Part shown: positions 44,838 through 59,507 of the stretch, piece by piece
How positions within the stretch are numbered: position 1 is the first letter of the stretch
How the letters are laid out: the number at the start of each line of letters is the position of its first letter
From: Eledone cirrhosa
Taxonomy: Eukaryota
Length of the DNA stretch: 64,000 nt
Direction of reading: 5' to 3'
NCBI GenBank assembly: GCA_964016885.1
Contig: OZ024741.1
Coordinates: 322,338,001-322,402,000 of the forward strand
Made by a program: the position numbers and the translations under genes
The notes under the pieces: model-generated
Seen by the model: only the letters and a program-made list of their open reading frames with translations
What the model was told of the DNA's origin: nothing
Databases searched by the model: none

Positions 44838-44843
<6 letters not shown>
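44445..44843. mobile_element. Family A fold-back with an HHR in both arms (44731-44794 +; ~44560-44622 -)
   Basis: ~160-bp arms 44508-44670 / 44683-44843 with ~12-nt loop; attttat CTGATGA ggac-gtactga...tcagtac-ctct GAAA tatata TA ataaaat. Confidence 0.8.
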
Positions 44844-44879
<36 letters not shown>

Positions 44880-44984
44880 CATACACACATCTCTATATAT
44901 ATCTGTGTTAGTCATATAAATGTTATATCTATCTCCCACACTCTTTATACGTACATACAAACATGTGTATGTGTATGTTAGTGA

Positions 44985-45016
<32 letters not shown>

Positions 45017-45034
45017 CCGAGTGTGTGTATGTTA

Positions 45035-45073
<39 letters not shown>

Positions 45074-45314
45074 CCCGAGTGTGTGTATGTAATATAAAAA
45101 GTTATAAGAAATGTGTTATTTGATATAAATAGGCGGTGACAAAAGTGGAAGAAGCAGTTGATTAGAAAGGGAGATAATAAAGACGTGAACAGTGTTTCAC
45201 GTCTAGCAATTTACTTGGGTTGGCTCTGTTATTAAGTGTTATTACTAGTTTGTAAATATAGTCTTTAATCAGTGCTGTAGAGGTAGAGGGAGAAGAGGTG
45301 AAAGAGAAGGAGAC

Positions 45315-45346
<32 letters not shown>

Positions 45347-45469
45347 CGACGACGCCGATGATGAGGATGATGATGATGGTGATGGTGATGATGATGGTGA
45401 TGGTGATGATGATGATGATGATTATGAGGATGATGATTATGATGATGATGGTGATGGTGATGGTGATGG

Positions 45470-45500
<31 letters not shown>

Positions 45501-45627
45501 TAAGGGAGAAAAGAAGAAAGCGAAGGATGTATATGAAAACCAAGTGAAATGGGGAGAGAGAAAGAAGATAGAATGTAAAGCACTACATGATGGCCAACAT
45601 GTAATTTTTAACTATCTAACTAACTAT

Positions 45628-47312
45628 CGGAAGTTGGAGCTGCTGCAGGGCATCCCGTTGGAACCGGGACTGCGGAAAGCGGCGTCGGCTTATGCAGACG
45701 TGTAACAGTAATGGTGTCGGAAATCTCGAAAATCGGGGCCACCGGCTACTTACTGCAGGAATACGAAAGGCTCACAGGAACAAAACTGAACCCGGACAAG
45801 TCTGTCGGTTTGCAACTCGGAACGTGGAGAGGCAAACCGATGCCGTCCGACAGCGTCGTCGGACGCTGGACGGAAGGACCGGTGAAATTGCTCGGGGTCT
45901 GGTTCGGTCCGGACCTCCAGGTGGAGAAAAACTGGAACGAGGTCACGGCCAAGGTATTTTCACTCTCCCAGAAGTGGGCAGACTGCAAACTATCATTGAA
46001 AGGTCGAACGGAGGTGGCGAACACTTTCATAGCGTCCGTCATCTACTACCGCTTGACCGTCGTGCCTTGTCCCCGTGAATTCCTCACCAAGATGGAACGC
46101 ATGCTCTTCCAGTTGCTTCTTCCAAAGCAGGCTCCACTGGTGAGGAGATCCGTCTGCTGTCAGCACCCTTCCAACGGAGGGGTGGGCATGCCGTGGCTGA
46201 TGATGCGCAAACACGCGCTAAGCCTACGGCATCTCCAGGTATTCCTCACCGAAAAAACCGGTGTGATCCCCATTTGTGAGACAGGCCTTCCCGCAACTTG
46301 TCTCGCTGACGGAACTGCAGTCCTGGGTCAAGCGGAGACCGAAGAAAATGGGCGCCTGGATCATTGAATGCGCTCAGGCGCTCACAGTCATCTGTCAAGC
46401 GGGCACAGCAATCAGTGGAGACTCCACTTCGACATTCTATAGAGGGTTAGTACGTCACAGGTGCGACGACGTGCTCGGAGAGACTCTGGGCGTCGAAGAC
46501 GACGAGCTCACTAGCTTGGTCGGTAGAACTTTCCGTCCGGGACCTATGGACAACTTCCAAAGGTCCCTGGCCTGGCAGTGCTACCAAGGAGCTCTACCAG
46601 TTCGAGACAAGATCTACAGGCACGGATGCCCCGGCAGAGATCCTTCCAAGAGGACGTGTCCAAGATGCGAGCATTACATTGAAACCGCCCTGCACGCAAT
46701 TGTACACTGCCCGGGCGTAACCGACCTGTGGAACTACGCAGAACAGCTGCTGTCGCGTATGGGACAAATCCAGTTGACTGCCGAGTCCATAGTAAGGATC
46801 AAACCGCCAACTTCTTTCAAAAACGAAAGAGAGGCGGTTTTCCTCTGTATAGTGGCTATGGTGAAAGAGGTTTTATGGTGGACTAGATTGAGGGGACTGA
46901 GGACAGATGCCTTTCTCTCCGGACAACAACTCATTCCCTTCTTTAGGTACCACTTTAGAAGGAGAATCAGAGTGGAGAGAGAAGCACTGCACCCCAGTAA
47001 ATTTACTGAAAGGTGGGTGAATGTAGCAAAAATGGCCTAAGTGATTGGGCCTTCTCTGTATATAAACCTGTAAGTTGAAGAAGAGAGCAAAATGAAGAAA
47101 GGAGCACTTGCACAACACGCTCCCGAAGTTGAGGGTTGTTCTATCAACGGGGTATTAAACAACCCATTTGTAACGCCTCCCCCCTATTGGGGATTTCGAT
47201 TGTTAAATTTGTTTGTTTTAATAATATTTTTACAAGACTGTATGTAAAACCCCCGGCATGTTTCTTTGTATTGTCTCCTTTTCTTGTGCGCCCTTGTGGC
47301 AAATAAAGAAAT
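45628..47312 (+). mobile_element. 5'-truncated Tx1/L1-like LINE
   Basis: SAYAD, KLNPDKS, VKLLGVWF, LSLKGR, GGVGMP, CPRC...H...C; frameshifts; ends aataaagaaa + (TATC)n. Confidence 0.85.
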
Positions 47313-48863
47313 ATATCTATCTATCTATCTGTCTTTCTGTTTGTCTTCCCGTCTCTGTATCATCCAACGAATCTCTCTCGCTCTCTCTCTTTCCCTCTCT
47401 GCCTCTCACCCTCTCTCCCTCTTCCCCTATATCCTCCCCCCTCTCTCCAGCTCTACGCATGTGTCTGTGTGCGTCTGTAATATTGTGTATATGTTCATCT
47501 ATAAGTCCACGATTCGGTCTTTGAAGGACCAAGACGGACGCGTGATACGTGAGCCGAAGCAGATGTGCGCGGCCTTTCAGCACCACTTTGCTCAGCTGTT
47601 CGGGCAGGGCGGAGCGCCGGGAGGGGCTATGGATTTCGGTCTACCGCGACTCTCGGACAGCGAGGCGAAGTTCTGCGAAAAGCCGATTTCAGCCGCTGAG
47701 ATAGGGGACGCGCTGAGCCAATGCGGCAAATGCAAATCTCCAGGTCTCGACGGTCTACCCTACGAATTTTACGTTCTTGCCAGACTTGTTCTCCGGTCTC
47801 CTGGTAGCGGTCTACTGCAACTGGCAGCAGAACGGGAGAATTCATAGTTCTGTGACCAGTGGCGTAGTCACACTAGTCAGGAAGGACGAGAATAAGGGGG
47901 AGGACATAGGCAACTTCCAGCCCATAACTCTGCTAAACACGGAGTTACAGATTTTGGCAAAGGCGTTGGCAAAGAGGCTGGCGCTTGTCGTCGAAAACCT
48001 GATGGGAGAAGCGCAGACATGCGCAATACCGATCAGGTCCATACACGACAACCTCTACCTCATGCGATACATCATAGAGAGGGTAGGGTGTAAACCCGGC
48101 TTCGGTGGGGCACTGATCAACTTGGATCAGTCTAAGGCTTTCGGTAGGGTTGACCTTCGTTACCTGGATGCGGTGCTCGAGGCGGCAGGCTTCGGACCCG
48201 TGTTCAGGGGCTGGATTGCTGCAATGCACAACAGCAACATCTGCTCAAGGGTCAAGGTGAACGGCTACCTCTCGGAGCCGTTCCATATCACGCGATCCAT
48301 TCGACAGGCATGCCCTCTCTCCTCCTTTCTGTACGTACTGACTCTCGAGCCACTACTGCGGAAGTTGGAGCTATTTCAGGCTATCCCTCTGGAACCGGAA
48401 CTGCGGAAAGCGGCGTGACAGTAATGGTGTCGAGCACCTCGCAAATCGAGGAAGTTGGCACCTTACTGAAGGAATACGAAAGGTTCACAGGCGCGAAGCT
48501 GAACCGAGACAAGTTCATCGGTTTGCAACTCGGATCGTGGAGAGGCAAACCGATGCCTTCCGATGGCGTCGTCGGACGCTGGACGGAAGGACCGGTAAAG
48601 CTGCTCGGGGTCTGGTTTGGTCAGGACCTCCAGGTGGAGAAGAACTGGAACGAGGTGACGGCCAAGCTGTTTGCACTCACCCAGAAGTGGGCCGAGTGCA
48701 AACTATCCTTGAAAGGTCTAGCGGAGGTGGCAAACACTTTTATAGCGTCCGTCATCTACTACCGCTTGACCGTCGTGCCTTGTCCAGCCAAAACGCTCAC
48801 CAAAATGGAGCGCGCGCTCTTCCAATTCCTTTGGAAGAAGTGGGCTCCTTTGGTGAGAAGATC

Positions 48864-51800
48864 TGTAGCAGTAATATATATCCTTTGTAATTAAATGTAT
48901 TTTCCTTCGGCGGAAGAAAAATGTTACGGAAGTAAATTGGCTGAAGTGTGAGCCAATCAAAACCTTCGGCGTAGCGATACAAGTAACTGGACTACTTAGA
49001 CCAGAGAACGGAAGTTAAGTCAGAAGACCAGTCTCCAGATAAACCTGCTATCGTCAAGACGTCGATTCTTCGACACGCCATATCCTGTCGTATCTCACAC
49101 ATGGAAATACAGTGTGAAGCAAGAATAAATGAAGTACATACTTATAATGGAGTTTGTCTATTTAATGCCTTCTGATCTAACCTTACTAACAACTATAACG
49201 ACTTACATTCTTCATTATAAATGGTGACGCCGACGTGATACAAACAAGCATTTTTATTACAACAAATATGAAAGAAAGAAAGAACGCTGTCACAAAGAAG
49301 AAAAAAAAAAACGTTTTGTTGTTTAGAACAATTATTTCGTTATCATTTGCCTGCATGCACAAACACATTTTGTATCGACATTATTAACACAAAAAGAAAA
49401 AAAAAAAAAATGATCGGTAAATTATTCCATCATGCGTTATAATTTTTTTTTTTCACTGCGTCTCAAAATTTGTATTTTGCACATAAATCCCCCTGGAGCG
49501 TTACGAATGGCCAGTATACGTCTTCAGTGTTTGTTTGCCAACCATTTTGATTTAAAGGCAACGCCTTTTTGAAAAATATAAGAAAAACATTTTTTATTCT
49601 TAATATTTTCCTCTCTGACATTTCTTAACATTTTCCTCTCTGCCGCCCGGTGTTCAGGCGATGTTAGCGCCTATGATGGAGACTACCACAGTCGACCAGC
49701 TAGCGGCTTTGGCCGACAAAATTAGAAGATTCACTGGAAACCTTGCCTCCTTCGTTGCACCTCAGCCACCGGCTGCGGTCTCTTCGTTCTCTCCTGCCTC
49801 CTTCGTTGCACCTCAGCCACCGGCTGCGGTCTCTTCGTTCTCTCCAGCAGCTGCCTTCCACACCGATCACTCACTTGCGTCTGTGGCAATACTTCAAGCC
49901 ATAGAGGAACTCACCAAAGAGGTGAGAAAATTGAGTACATCCAGGGCTCAATCGCCCAGACGTCGCTTCCAGAGCCGTTCGCCCTCGCCACGTCGCCGCC
50001 ACACAAGCAAGCCAGGACTGTGCTACTACCACAGCCGTTTTGACGCGGCGGCACGCTCTTGTAACCAGCCCTGTTCGTTTTCCATCCAGGGAAACGGATT
50101 TCAGGAGACCTGAGCACGGCACAGTCCCCTCTGACGCTCCCAAATAATCGTGCGTTCTTTATAACTGACACGTTTTCCCAAGCTCGATATCTTGTGGATA
50201 CAGGCGCTGCTTGCAGCATATGGCCGCTAAAACTTCTGAAAGAGAAGCCGCCAGTTTCATCCATTTCTCTGCAAGCCGTAAATCATTCTCCTATCTCCAC
50301 GTATGGTCAAATTTCTCGTTCTTTGAACCTGGAATTGCGAAGAGACTTCACGTAGATTTTCACGGTCGCTGATTTGCCTTACCCTATTCTAGGCTCGGAT
50401 TTCCTGCACCACTATAACCTCTTAGTGGATATGCGCAGACGCCGGTTGCTGGATGCTAAGACGGAACTCTCCGTTCCGGGTTTCAAATCTACTGTCTCAT
50501 CTATCAGCCCGGTATTCTTCATCGCCGCTTCAGAGGACCCTTTCCAGTCGCTTCTAAATTCCTTCCCGGAATTGACAAATTTGAATTTTGTGGTGAGCAA
50601 GCCTACTCACTCCACAAAACATCGAAACTTCTGGCGCTCCTGTATTTTCTCGCCCTCGCCACCCCCCTGCGGAGAAATTGAAAGCAGCGAAGACTGAATT
50701 TAACCACATGTTACAGCTGGGGATCATACGCCCATCCTCAAGTCCGTGGGCCGCTCCTTTGCATTTGGTTCCGAAGCGTTCCGGTGATTGGCGTCCCACT
50801 GGGGACTTTCGCCGGTTAAATGCGATGACGGTACCCGATCGCTACCCGATCCCACAGATACAAAATTTCGCGTCTTCGCTTCATGGATGTAAGACATTCT
50901 CCAAATTGGATTTGGTCAAGGCTTACCACCAGATTCCAATGAACCCGGCAGATATACCTAAAACTGCCGTAACAACTCCTTTCGGAGAGTTCGAATTTCT
51001 CTCTATGCCTTTCGGTTTGCGAAACGCAGCCAGTACTTTCCAACGTTTCATGGATGAAGTTGTGCGCGATTTGGTGACATTCTCGTGGCAAGTGCCTCAC
51101 CCGAGGAACATATAACTCACCTCCGTCTACTGTTTGAGCGGTTTCAGCAGTATCAGATGCGAATCAACCCGGCGAAATGTGTTTTCGGTGCGTCTTCACT
51201 TGTCTTCTTGGGCCACGTTATCAGCCCTGAGGGAATCTCACCACTGCCTGACAAAGTGAAAGCTCTGCAAGACCTTCAACCACCCACTTCACTTCGACAG
51301 CTACGACATTTCCTTGGTCTGCTGAACTACTACAGACGTTTTATCCCACACTGTGCGGATCTTCTGTCTCCTCTGTCCGACCTGTTACGTAACAGGAAAA
51401 GGAAAAATGAATCCATCACACTGCACACGAGTCAGCTAAAAGCCTTCAACGAAGTGAAGCAGAAACTTGCGGAGACGTCGTTACTTGCACATCCTGTGTC
51501 TGGTGCCCAGTTTTCACTGGCGTTGATGCATCGGGCACAGCTGTAGGTGAAGTTTTGCAACAGCATCACCAACAACAATTACAACCCCGTCGCGTACTTC
51601 TCGAGACAACTGAGACCTGCAGAAACACGATATAGCACGTTCGGCCATGAACTCCTGGCTATGTACCTCGCAGTGAAACACTTTCGGCATTCACTGGAGG
51701 GTCGTCAATTTGCGATCTACACTGATCATCGTCCGCTTACGTTCGCACTGCGTTCTAAGCCGGATAAATATTCACCTCGCGAAACTCGTCATTTGGACTT

Positions 51801-53811
51801 CGTTTCGCAATTTACCAGCGATATCCGACACATCTCCGGTGAGCAGAATGCGGCGGCAGAAGCCTTGTCTCGCCTCCCAATCAATTCCCTGTCATCACCT
51901 TCGGATATTGACCTTCAACGGATGGCCACAGAACAGCCACCCCTGGACACCTTGGATCTTTCTTCTCCTAAATTTGCAACTGGCAAATTTTCATATCAAC
52001 CTGTGCCCACTTCGGACACACAGATTATTTGTGACCCCTCGACGGATTCACCTCGTCCTCTAGTTCCAGCAACTCATCGTCGTGCAGTTTTCGAGACCTT
52101 GCACGGTCTAGCACACCCTGGAATATCGACCACAGTGAAGCTCATTTCGGCTAGATTCTTCTGGCCGAATATGAGGCGTGACATCATTGCCTGGACACGT
52201 TCCTTCTTGTCCTGCCAGAAGTCAAAGGTGCACAAACACATCCGCGCACCCCTCGGAACTTTCAGCACTCCAGACGCTCGGTTCAGTTATGTCCACATAG
52301 ATCTCGTTGGACCATGGCCGGTCAGCCGAGGATTTACCTATCTCCTGACCTGTATTGAAGCCATTCCTTTAAGTGACATTTCGGCGGAACCTGTAGCGCG
52401 AGCCCTAGTATCGGGTTGGATATCGCGTTACGAAGTTCCAACCACTGTCACCACGGACCGTGGTGGACAGTTTGAGTCCCATCTCTTCCGATAACTTTCA
52501 AGGATCCTGGGAATTAAGCGCATACGAACGACTAGCTATCATCCAGCTTCGAACGGAATGATAGAGCGCTTCCACCGCCAATTGAAAGCCGCATTGCGCG
52601 CTTATCCGGATCAACAGCAATGGAGCGAGTATGTACCAATTGTTCTTCTTGGCTGTCGTGCAGCTATCAAGGAGGATCTAGGATACTCCCCAGCTGAACT
52701 GGTTTACGGAGTACCTATATCTTTGCCGGGTCAGATGTTGACCCCAATGGATTTACCTGAAACAGATCCAGCTCTGTATGTGAACAGACTGCGATCTTAT
52801 TTTGACAATCTTACGCCTATGAACCCTCGGCAACAGACAATAAAATCTTCGGTCCCGAACGACATTGCTTCGTGGACCCACGTCTTTCTACGGAAGGATG
52901 CCGTGAGAGCTCCTCTCACGCCACCTTATACCTGTCCTTATGTGATTGCACGCACAGATAAACTGTTCACTCTGGACATTGGTGGTAAAAAGAGACTGTA
53001 TCCATCGATAGGGTGAAACGGGCCTTTAGAGACACTCTCACACAAGAGCCCCATATTCCCCCTACATATACTCTGCATCAGCCAACACACGCTACACATG
53101 GAACATTGCACACACCTTCTCCCCCTACACCTACATATGTCACCACCACACGTAGTGGTCGCCGAGTACATTGGCCCAAGAAGCTTTGCAAGACTCTATA
53201 TATATGAACTATGCTATATAGAGCAAGCTTTTTGAGTTCTTGTCCTCTCTTGTATTTATATTAAATGCATTAATTAATGTGAACTTAGGACTATTTCTGC
53301 TGCTCAGTTTTTATGTTCCTCTTTTTCTCTGAAGCAAAACGCAGACATTGCTGTGAATTGACATTGTTTATTATAAATTTACTGTTATATATTTTTTTCT
53401 TTCTTGCAACTGGTACCCTTTTTTAAGCAGGGGGTGATGTAGCAGTAATATATATTCTTTGTAATTAAATGTATTTTCCTTCGGCGGAAGAAAAATGTTA
53501 CGGAAGTAAATTGGCTGAAGTGTGAGCCAATCAAAACCTTCGGCGTAGCGATACAAGTAACTGGACTACTTAGACCAGAGAACGGAAGTTAAGTCAGAAG
53601 ACCAGTCTCCAGATAAACCTGCTATCGTCAAGACGTCGATTCTTCGACACGCCATATCCTGTCGTATCTCACACATGGAAATACAGGCAAAATGGCTTTC
53701 ACAGTGTGAAGCAAGAATAAATGAAGTTCATACTTATAATGGAGTTTGTCTATTTAATGCCTCCTGATCTAACCTTACTAACAACTATAACGACTTACAT
53801 TCTTCATTATA
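48864..53811 (+). mobile_element. Degenerate Gypsy/Ty3 LTR retrotransposon nested in a LINE
   Basis: LTRs 48864-49219 and 53438-53811 (18-bp indel), TSD GATC, PBS tggtgacgccgacgtgat (tRNA-Trp-like), PPT aagcagggggtga. Confidence 0.93.
49640..53207 (+). pseudogene. Disrupted gag-pol of the second Gypsy
   Basis: gag N-terminus deleted, CYYHSRF...C..PC retained; pol in many frames, RT YxDD region deleted; C-terminus [15 protein letters not shown] shared with the first Gypsy. Confidence 0.9.
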
Positions 53812-55030
53812 GATCCATCTGCTGTCAACACCCTTCCAACGGAGGGCTGGGGATGCCGTGGCTGACTATGCGCAAACACGCGCTCAGGCTGCGGCATCTC
53901 TACGTATTCCTCACAGGACAACCGGTGTGAGCCCCGTTCGTGTGGCGAGCCTTCCCACGATTCGTCTCGCTAACCGAGCTGCAGTCCTGAGTCAAGCAAA
54001 GGCCGAGGAAAATGGGCGATTAGCACATCGAATGTGCTCAGGCGGCCACAGCCCTCTGGCAGGCGGACCCGGCGATCAATGGAGACTCCACTTCGTCATT
54101 CTATAGAGGGCTGGTCCGCAGCAAGTGGGACGACGCGCTCGGAGAAGCTCTGGGCGTAGAGGAAGACCAACTGGCCAGTCTGTTCGGTAGGATCTTCCGC
54201 CCGGGACCGATGGACAACTTCCAAAAGTCCCTGGCCTGGCAATGCTACCGAGGAGCTCTACCAGTTCGAGACAAACTCTACAGACATGGGCGCCCGAGCA
54301 GGGACCCTTCGAAAAAGATCTGTCCGAGATGCGTGCGAGACGAAGAAACCGTCGCGCACGCATTCATACACTGCCCGGGCGTTACCGACCTGTGGGGCTA
54401 TGTAGAACGACTATTGTCGCGGGTGGGACAATCCGGTTGACCACCGAGTCCATTGTCATGATCAAACCGCCACCCTCCTTCAAAAACGAAGGAGAGGCGG
54501 TTTTCCTTTGTGTGATAGCTATGGCGAAAGAGGTTGTATGGTGGACAAGGTTGAAAGGGTTGAGGTCAGACACCTTTCTCTCCGGCCAACAACTGATTCT
54601 TTTTTTCAAATACTACTTTGGAAGAAGAATCAGGATGGAGAGAGAGGTGCTGTACCCCAGCAAGTTTTATGAAAGGTGGGTGAAAGTGGCGAGAACGGCC
54701 CGAGTGAATGGGCCTTCTCTCTATATCAGCCTGTAGGTTGAGGAAAAGGAGGAGGAGAGGAAAGGAGTACAAACTCTTCGTAATCCTGGAGATGAGGGTT
54801 GCACATTTTTTTCGGGGGTATGTGTTACTCATATCCCCTATTGGGGAAAATCGACTAATTTTTTAAATTGCTTTTGTGATAACATTTTACACGTTTTTAT
54901 TGTATGTAAACTTCCCCCTTTGTATTTGTCCCCTTCTTTTGTGCCCCTGTGGCTAATAAAGAAACATATCTATCTGTGTATGTGTGCAATATATATATAT
55001 ATAAAGTATGTGTGCATATATATATATATA

Positions 55031-55484
55031 AAGTAAGTGACATAGTCACTACTTTAAAATAATAGCGAAAGGTCTTCAAAATGTTTTAATTAAACATACA
55101 GTATATTGCCAAATATACTATACATACATTCATGTATACATCGCTATTTCAGAGCACCATTCCTAATTTTCTATTTTTTCTGGACCGGCAATCGCTCTGT
55201 ATAATCAGTTCCTGATTATTACTGGAATTCTATAAGAATCCAGCATCTATAATTTTCAACAAACATCGGCGAGTGCTAAGCTTTGATGATTACCAACAGT
55301 GTGAAACAGATCTGTCAGCTTATCTCCCTTTGTTTGATGAAAAAAGAAGTAAGTGACATAGTCACTACTTTAAGATAATAGCGCAAGGTCTTCAAAATGT
55401 TTTTAATTAGGCATACAGTATATTGCCAAATATACTATACATATATTCATGTATACATCGCTATTTCAGAGCACCAATCCTAAT
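55031..55484 (+). mobile_element. Family D 1.4-mer (period 316); HHR 55278-55321
   Basis: aagtaagtgacatagtcactacttt at 55031 and 55347; aagct TTGATGA ... GAAA cagatctg TC agctt; (TA)n flanks. Confidence 0.82.
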
Positions 55485-55496
55485 ATATATATATAT

Positions 55497-55866
55497 GTAG
55501 CAAAAGTTCTATTTAAAATTGTTGGGATACAACAAGTAAATATTTTATAACTGATATAAAGCACTCGACAAGTTTTTGGAGTAGATATACGATATTAATA
55601 AATTGAAACTATATTTATAAAACCATATTTATTTCATTATACATATTTCAGGGATACCAAATTAAAATATGGTATGCCTTCATCAGACAAAATACAATAT
55701 ATAAACAGTTTTATAAATAATTTTGACGTACCCTATTAAATGCAACCATTATTTTTGGAAGCTGTCTGGATAGGCATACCATATTTTAATTTGCTATCCC
55801 TGAAATATGTATAATGAAATAAATATGGTTTTATAAATATAGTTTCCATTTATTAATATCGTATAT
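55497..55866 (-). mobile_element. Family A fold-back; HHR 55630-55694(-)
   Basis: Arms 55586-55679 / 55772-55866; tattttgt CTGATGA aggcatacca...tggtatccct GAAA tatgta TA atgaaata. Confidence 0.75.
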
Positions 55867-55869
55867 ATG

Positions 55870-55969
<100 letters not shown>

Positions 55970-56024
55970 AATATATATATGTATATATATAAATATAAAT
56001 ATAAATATATAAATATATATATAC

Positions 56025-56091
<67 letters not shown>

Positions 56092-56280
56092 AGAAAATCT
56101 ACAAACCCTCCATCACAATTCTACTTTTGAAAAGCACAAGAACTGTGAAACCGGTAAAGGAACCAAATAAATATTTTTTAAAAGACTCCTGTCGCATTTT
56201 TGATTTCATCTTTTATCCTTATACTTTCACTCTTGTAGGACATCTCGATTTTTTCATTTTATAAAAAACCTAATTTTCTA

Positions 56281-56902
56281 GATGCGTGCGTCACGAAGAA
56301 ACCGTTGCGCACGCATTGGTGCAATGTCCGGGCGTGGCTGATCTGTGGGGCTACGCCGAACGACTGCTGTCGCGGGTGGCGCCGATTCGATTGACCGCCG
56401 AGTCCGTGATGACAATCAAACCGCCTCCCCTCTTCACAAAGGAAGCAAAGGCGGTTTTTCTGTGCGTAATAGCCATGTTGAAAGAGGTTGTTTGGTGGAC
56501 ACGATTGAAAGGTCTGAGGTCAGGCAACTTCCTCTCTGGCCATAGTCTGGTCTACTTCTTCCGATATCACTTCGGAAGAAGGATAAGAATGGAGAGAGAG
56601 GTGCTTGGCCACAGGCAGTTTTATGAAAGGTGGGTGATAGTGGCGAGAATGGCTCGTGTAAATGGGCCTTCTCTGTATACCATCCTGTAGGTAAAGAAGT
56701 GAAGGAGAGCGGAGCACCTTCTCCATGTGCTCCCTGGGCAAAGGATTGCACACTTTTTCGGGGGTGTGTGCAACCCCCATCACGTCCCCTCCCTTTTGAG
56801 GTTGTTTTCGATTATTTTCATTTTATACCCTTTTTACTCGATTGTATGTAAACTCCCCCTTTGTATTTGTCCCTTCTTTTTATGCCTTTATGGTAAATAA
56901 AG

Positions 56903-56905
<3 letters not shown>
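56281..56905 (+). mobile_element. Tx1/L1-like LINE 3' fragment
   Basis: ETVAHALVQCPG...KEVVWWTRLKGL...; aataaagaaa end followed by (TA)n. Confidence 0.85.
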
Positions 56906-56961
<56 letters not shown>

Positions 56962-56964
<3 letters not shown>

Positions 56965-57675
56965 CTTTATTCCAGCAAGACCTGAAGAATAGAATTCGTT
57001 CTATTAAGGATTCTAACGACGTGCACGTCCATTCCGACAAAACTGGCAACCTATATCAAGTGGAGCGCAGTACTTACCATCAACTACTACATAATTCTGT
57101 AACTAAGGATTACCGTAAAACTAATCGGTGTGTCATCAATGAAATCAACGATGCTGGGTTTAAAATCACATCTGATCTCAACATCCTGGACCGGACCGAA
57201 CCTCTGGACCCTATCTCTCCCCACTTTACCCTTGTGGACTATGTATTGATGAACGAATAAATATTCTAAAGAGATTACGCAATAGTGATTGCCTAAACAC
57301 GAGAAATGAATTCTTCACACGTTGTCCACACGCCTGGAAACACCTCTTACATAACTACAAAGCTCCGGATTGATTTACAACAACATCCTAATTTTCTTAT
57401 CAACTAGAAACTTTTCGGACTTTCGCAGTTATCTCCCTTACACCTCTCGCACGCATTTTAGTATTGCATGTGTGAAGTGATCGTTTCTGCGCATGCACGT
57501 TCGTACGGTTGTCCTTCCTGTTCCGTATAACCCTGTCCATTAGGAGCTGAGGATCCGCTAAGGTGAAACAATTGTTCTCAGTATGGTGAACTAACTGTTG
57601 TGTAACCACTTATACCTAACTCGCTCCATGGACTCAGTGCTCTACCACTACGGATATTACCTTCCAATGTTCTAC

Positions 57676-57680
<5 letters not shown>
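56962..57680 (+). mobile_element. Internally deleted Penelope-like element (Nematis-like C-terminus) with HHR 57544-57579
   Basis: SDKTGNLY...YHQLLHNSVTKDYRK (PLE RT N-terminal part) joined out of frame to CGLCIDERINIL...LNTRNEFFTRCPH...APD*; gag CTGAGGA tccgctaaggt GAAA caattg TT ctc. Confidence 0.7.
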
Positions 57681-57715
<35 letters not shown>

Positions 57716-57722
<7 letters not shown>

Positions 57723-58201
57723 GAAAAAAAAGGAAACGAATGACTTCACTTGTAGTGTTAAATAATTTGATTTAATTTTATAAAATTATAATATTATGAG
57801 TTGGTAGATCTATATATTTACATATAGGGAAGTGAATATGTGAGCTAACATTTCCCCCTCCCCGCACTTCCTCTCCCAAACCAATATCAACAACACATTT
57901 TTTACAAATGTTCCAAAACTATCCTTCTTTTCTCTTTTTACTGTCATCCCATTCTTATCAAAAGACATGTATCTTACACCTCATTAAAACCCAGACACGC
58001 ACCTAAATTCATCTTTGATATAGAAATTTGTAGAAGATATTCTTTATAAATTTGAGAGAGTTGATTCAGCTATAAGAAACGAATTTGAAAAACACCCTGC
58101 CATGATATACTCATGAAAGGTCAGCTCATGAAATAAAACCAGCAGGAGGGGATGTTTATAACCACCTTCTCAAACACCCTTATCTTGCAACCATTTTCTG
58201 A

Positions 58202-58247
<46 letters not shown>

Positions 58248-58808
58248 TTGTGTGTATGTGTGTGTGTGTGTGTGTGTGTGCGTATATGTGTGTGTGTATG
58301 TATTCTTTAATTCCTCCAATCTTCATCAACACTCATTAACACAGCACCCCACACCTCAGACACATCCAAATCTCTCTTATATATAGTCACACATCTCAAC
58401 ACAACCTCATCTCAGTTCGACAATCGCCACCGACGAATGCGAGAAAGTTTTCCAACAAAGTTAACCAGGAATCTTTCAAATTCTTCCCACCGAAGTTAAC
58501 AAACAACTTACTAGATCTACCAACTCATAATATTATAATATTATAATATCATAAATTTAAATGGCGATGGATTGGCAGTATCGGTAGAGGGTCGGACGCC
58601 ATGCTTTGACGCATAGAATTACGGCCCTTGCCATTCTGAGCTCAAATCCCACCGAGGTTAACTTTGCCTTTCATCCTTACGGGGTCTATAAAATAAAGTA
58701 CCAGTATTGCACTGGGTAATTGCTGGCCTTGTGCCAAAAGTAGAAACAATTATTAAATCAAATTATTTAACACTACAAGTGAAGTCATTCTTTTCCTTTT
58801 TTCAAATA
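57716..58808. repeat. Fold-back element whose right arm is interrupted by a SINE (58561-58752, +)
   Basis: 57716-57812 is inverted at 58512-58560 plus 58752-58808. Confidence 0.7.
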
Positions 58809-58839
58809 TACCTAACTGTACCAAGTATCTCACACATTT

Positions 58840-58877
<38 letters not shown>

Positions 58878-58881
<4 letters not shown>

Positions 58882-59424
58882 AGTGTAAGTTTCTACACAA
58901 AACGAAGGTTATAGAGAAAATTGAGGTTGGTAATGGCACATGGAATATATAAGAGACAGAATACTTTTTTGTGAAAAAACATATATAATTTTATAAGGTA
59001 AGGAAAGAATAAAGGGTATAAAAAATGACCGGTTTCGATTGGCCTGCAAAAGCCATCTTTTCAAATGTTGATTAATATTAAGAAAAATTAATAATAAGAA
59101 GAGTTAAAATTTGAGATTTGAAAATTCAAGTATAAAATTCAGTGTGGGATTTCATAGTAGTTTTCATCTTGGTAGCAGCAAGTTGACTGCTGTGTCCCTT
59201 TCTGGTAGTGAATGAGGAATTATTTGTGGGGAGTGGTTTTTTTTAGAAAGGTCAGATTTAGCAATGGCCAGATGGCCAGCTGCTGGTCAGTGAGGGGGTG
59301 GAAGCAATATACATACATATATCTCCATGTGGTCGGTAGGAGAGGGGAGAGTGATAGAAAGGGATTTAGTGCACTTACACCTATACATACACATACCCTC
59401 ATCCACACACACATACATATACAT

Positions 59425-59507
<83 letters not shown>

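Larger units (their letters stand above)
47500..54964 (+). mobile_element. 5'-truncated Tx1/L1-like LINE split by a Gypsy insertion
   Basis: KSPGLDGLPYEFY, PITLLNTE, LDQSKAFGRV, RQACPLS; removing 48864-53811 plus one GATC restores VRRSICCQHPSNGG. Confidence 0.88.

Noticed and set aside
45265-45705. Poly-His / poly-Met ORFs
   Set aside because: (GAT/GGT)n trinucleotide repeat
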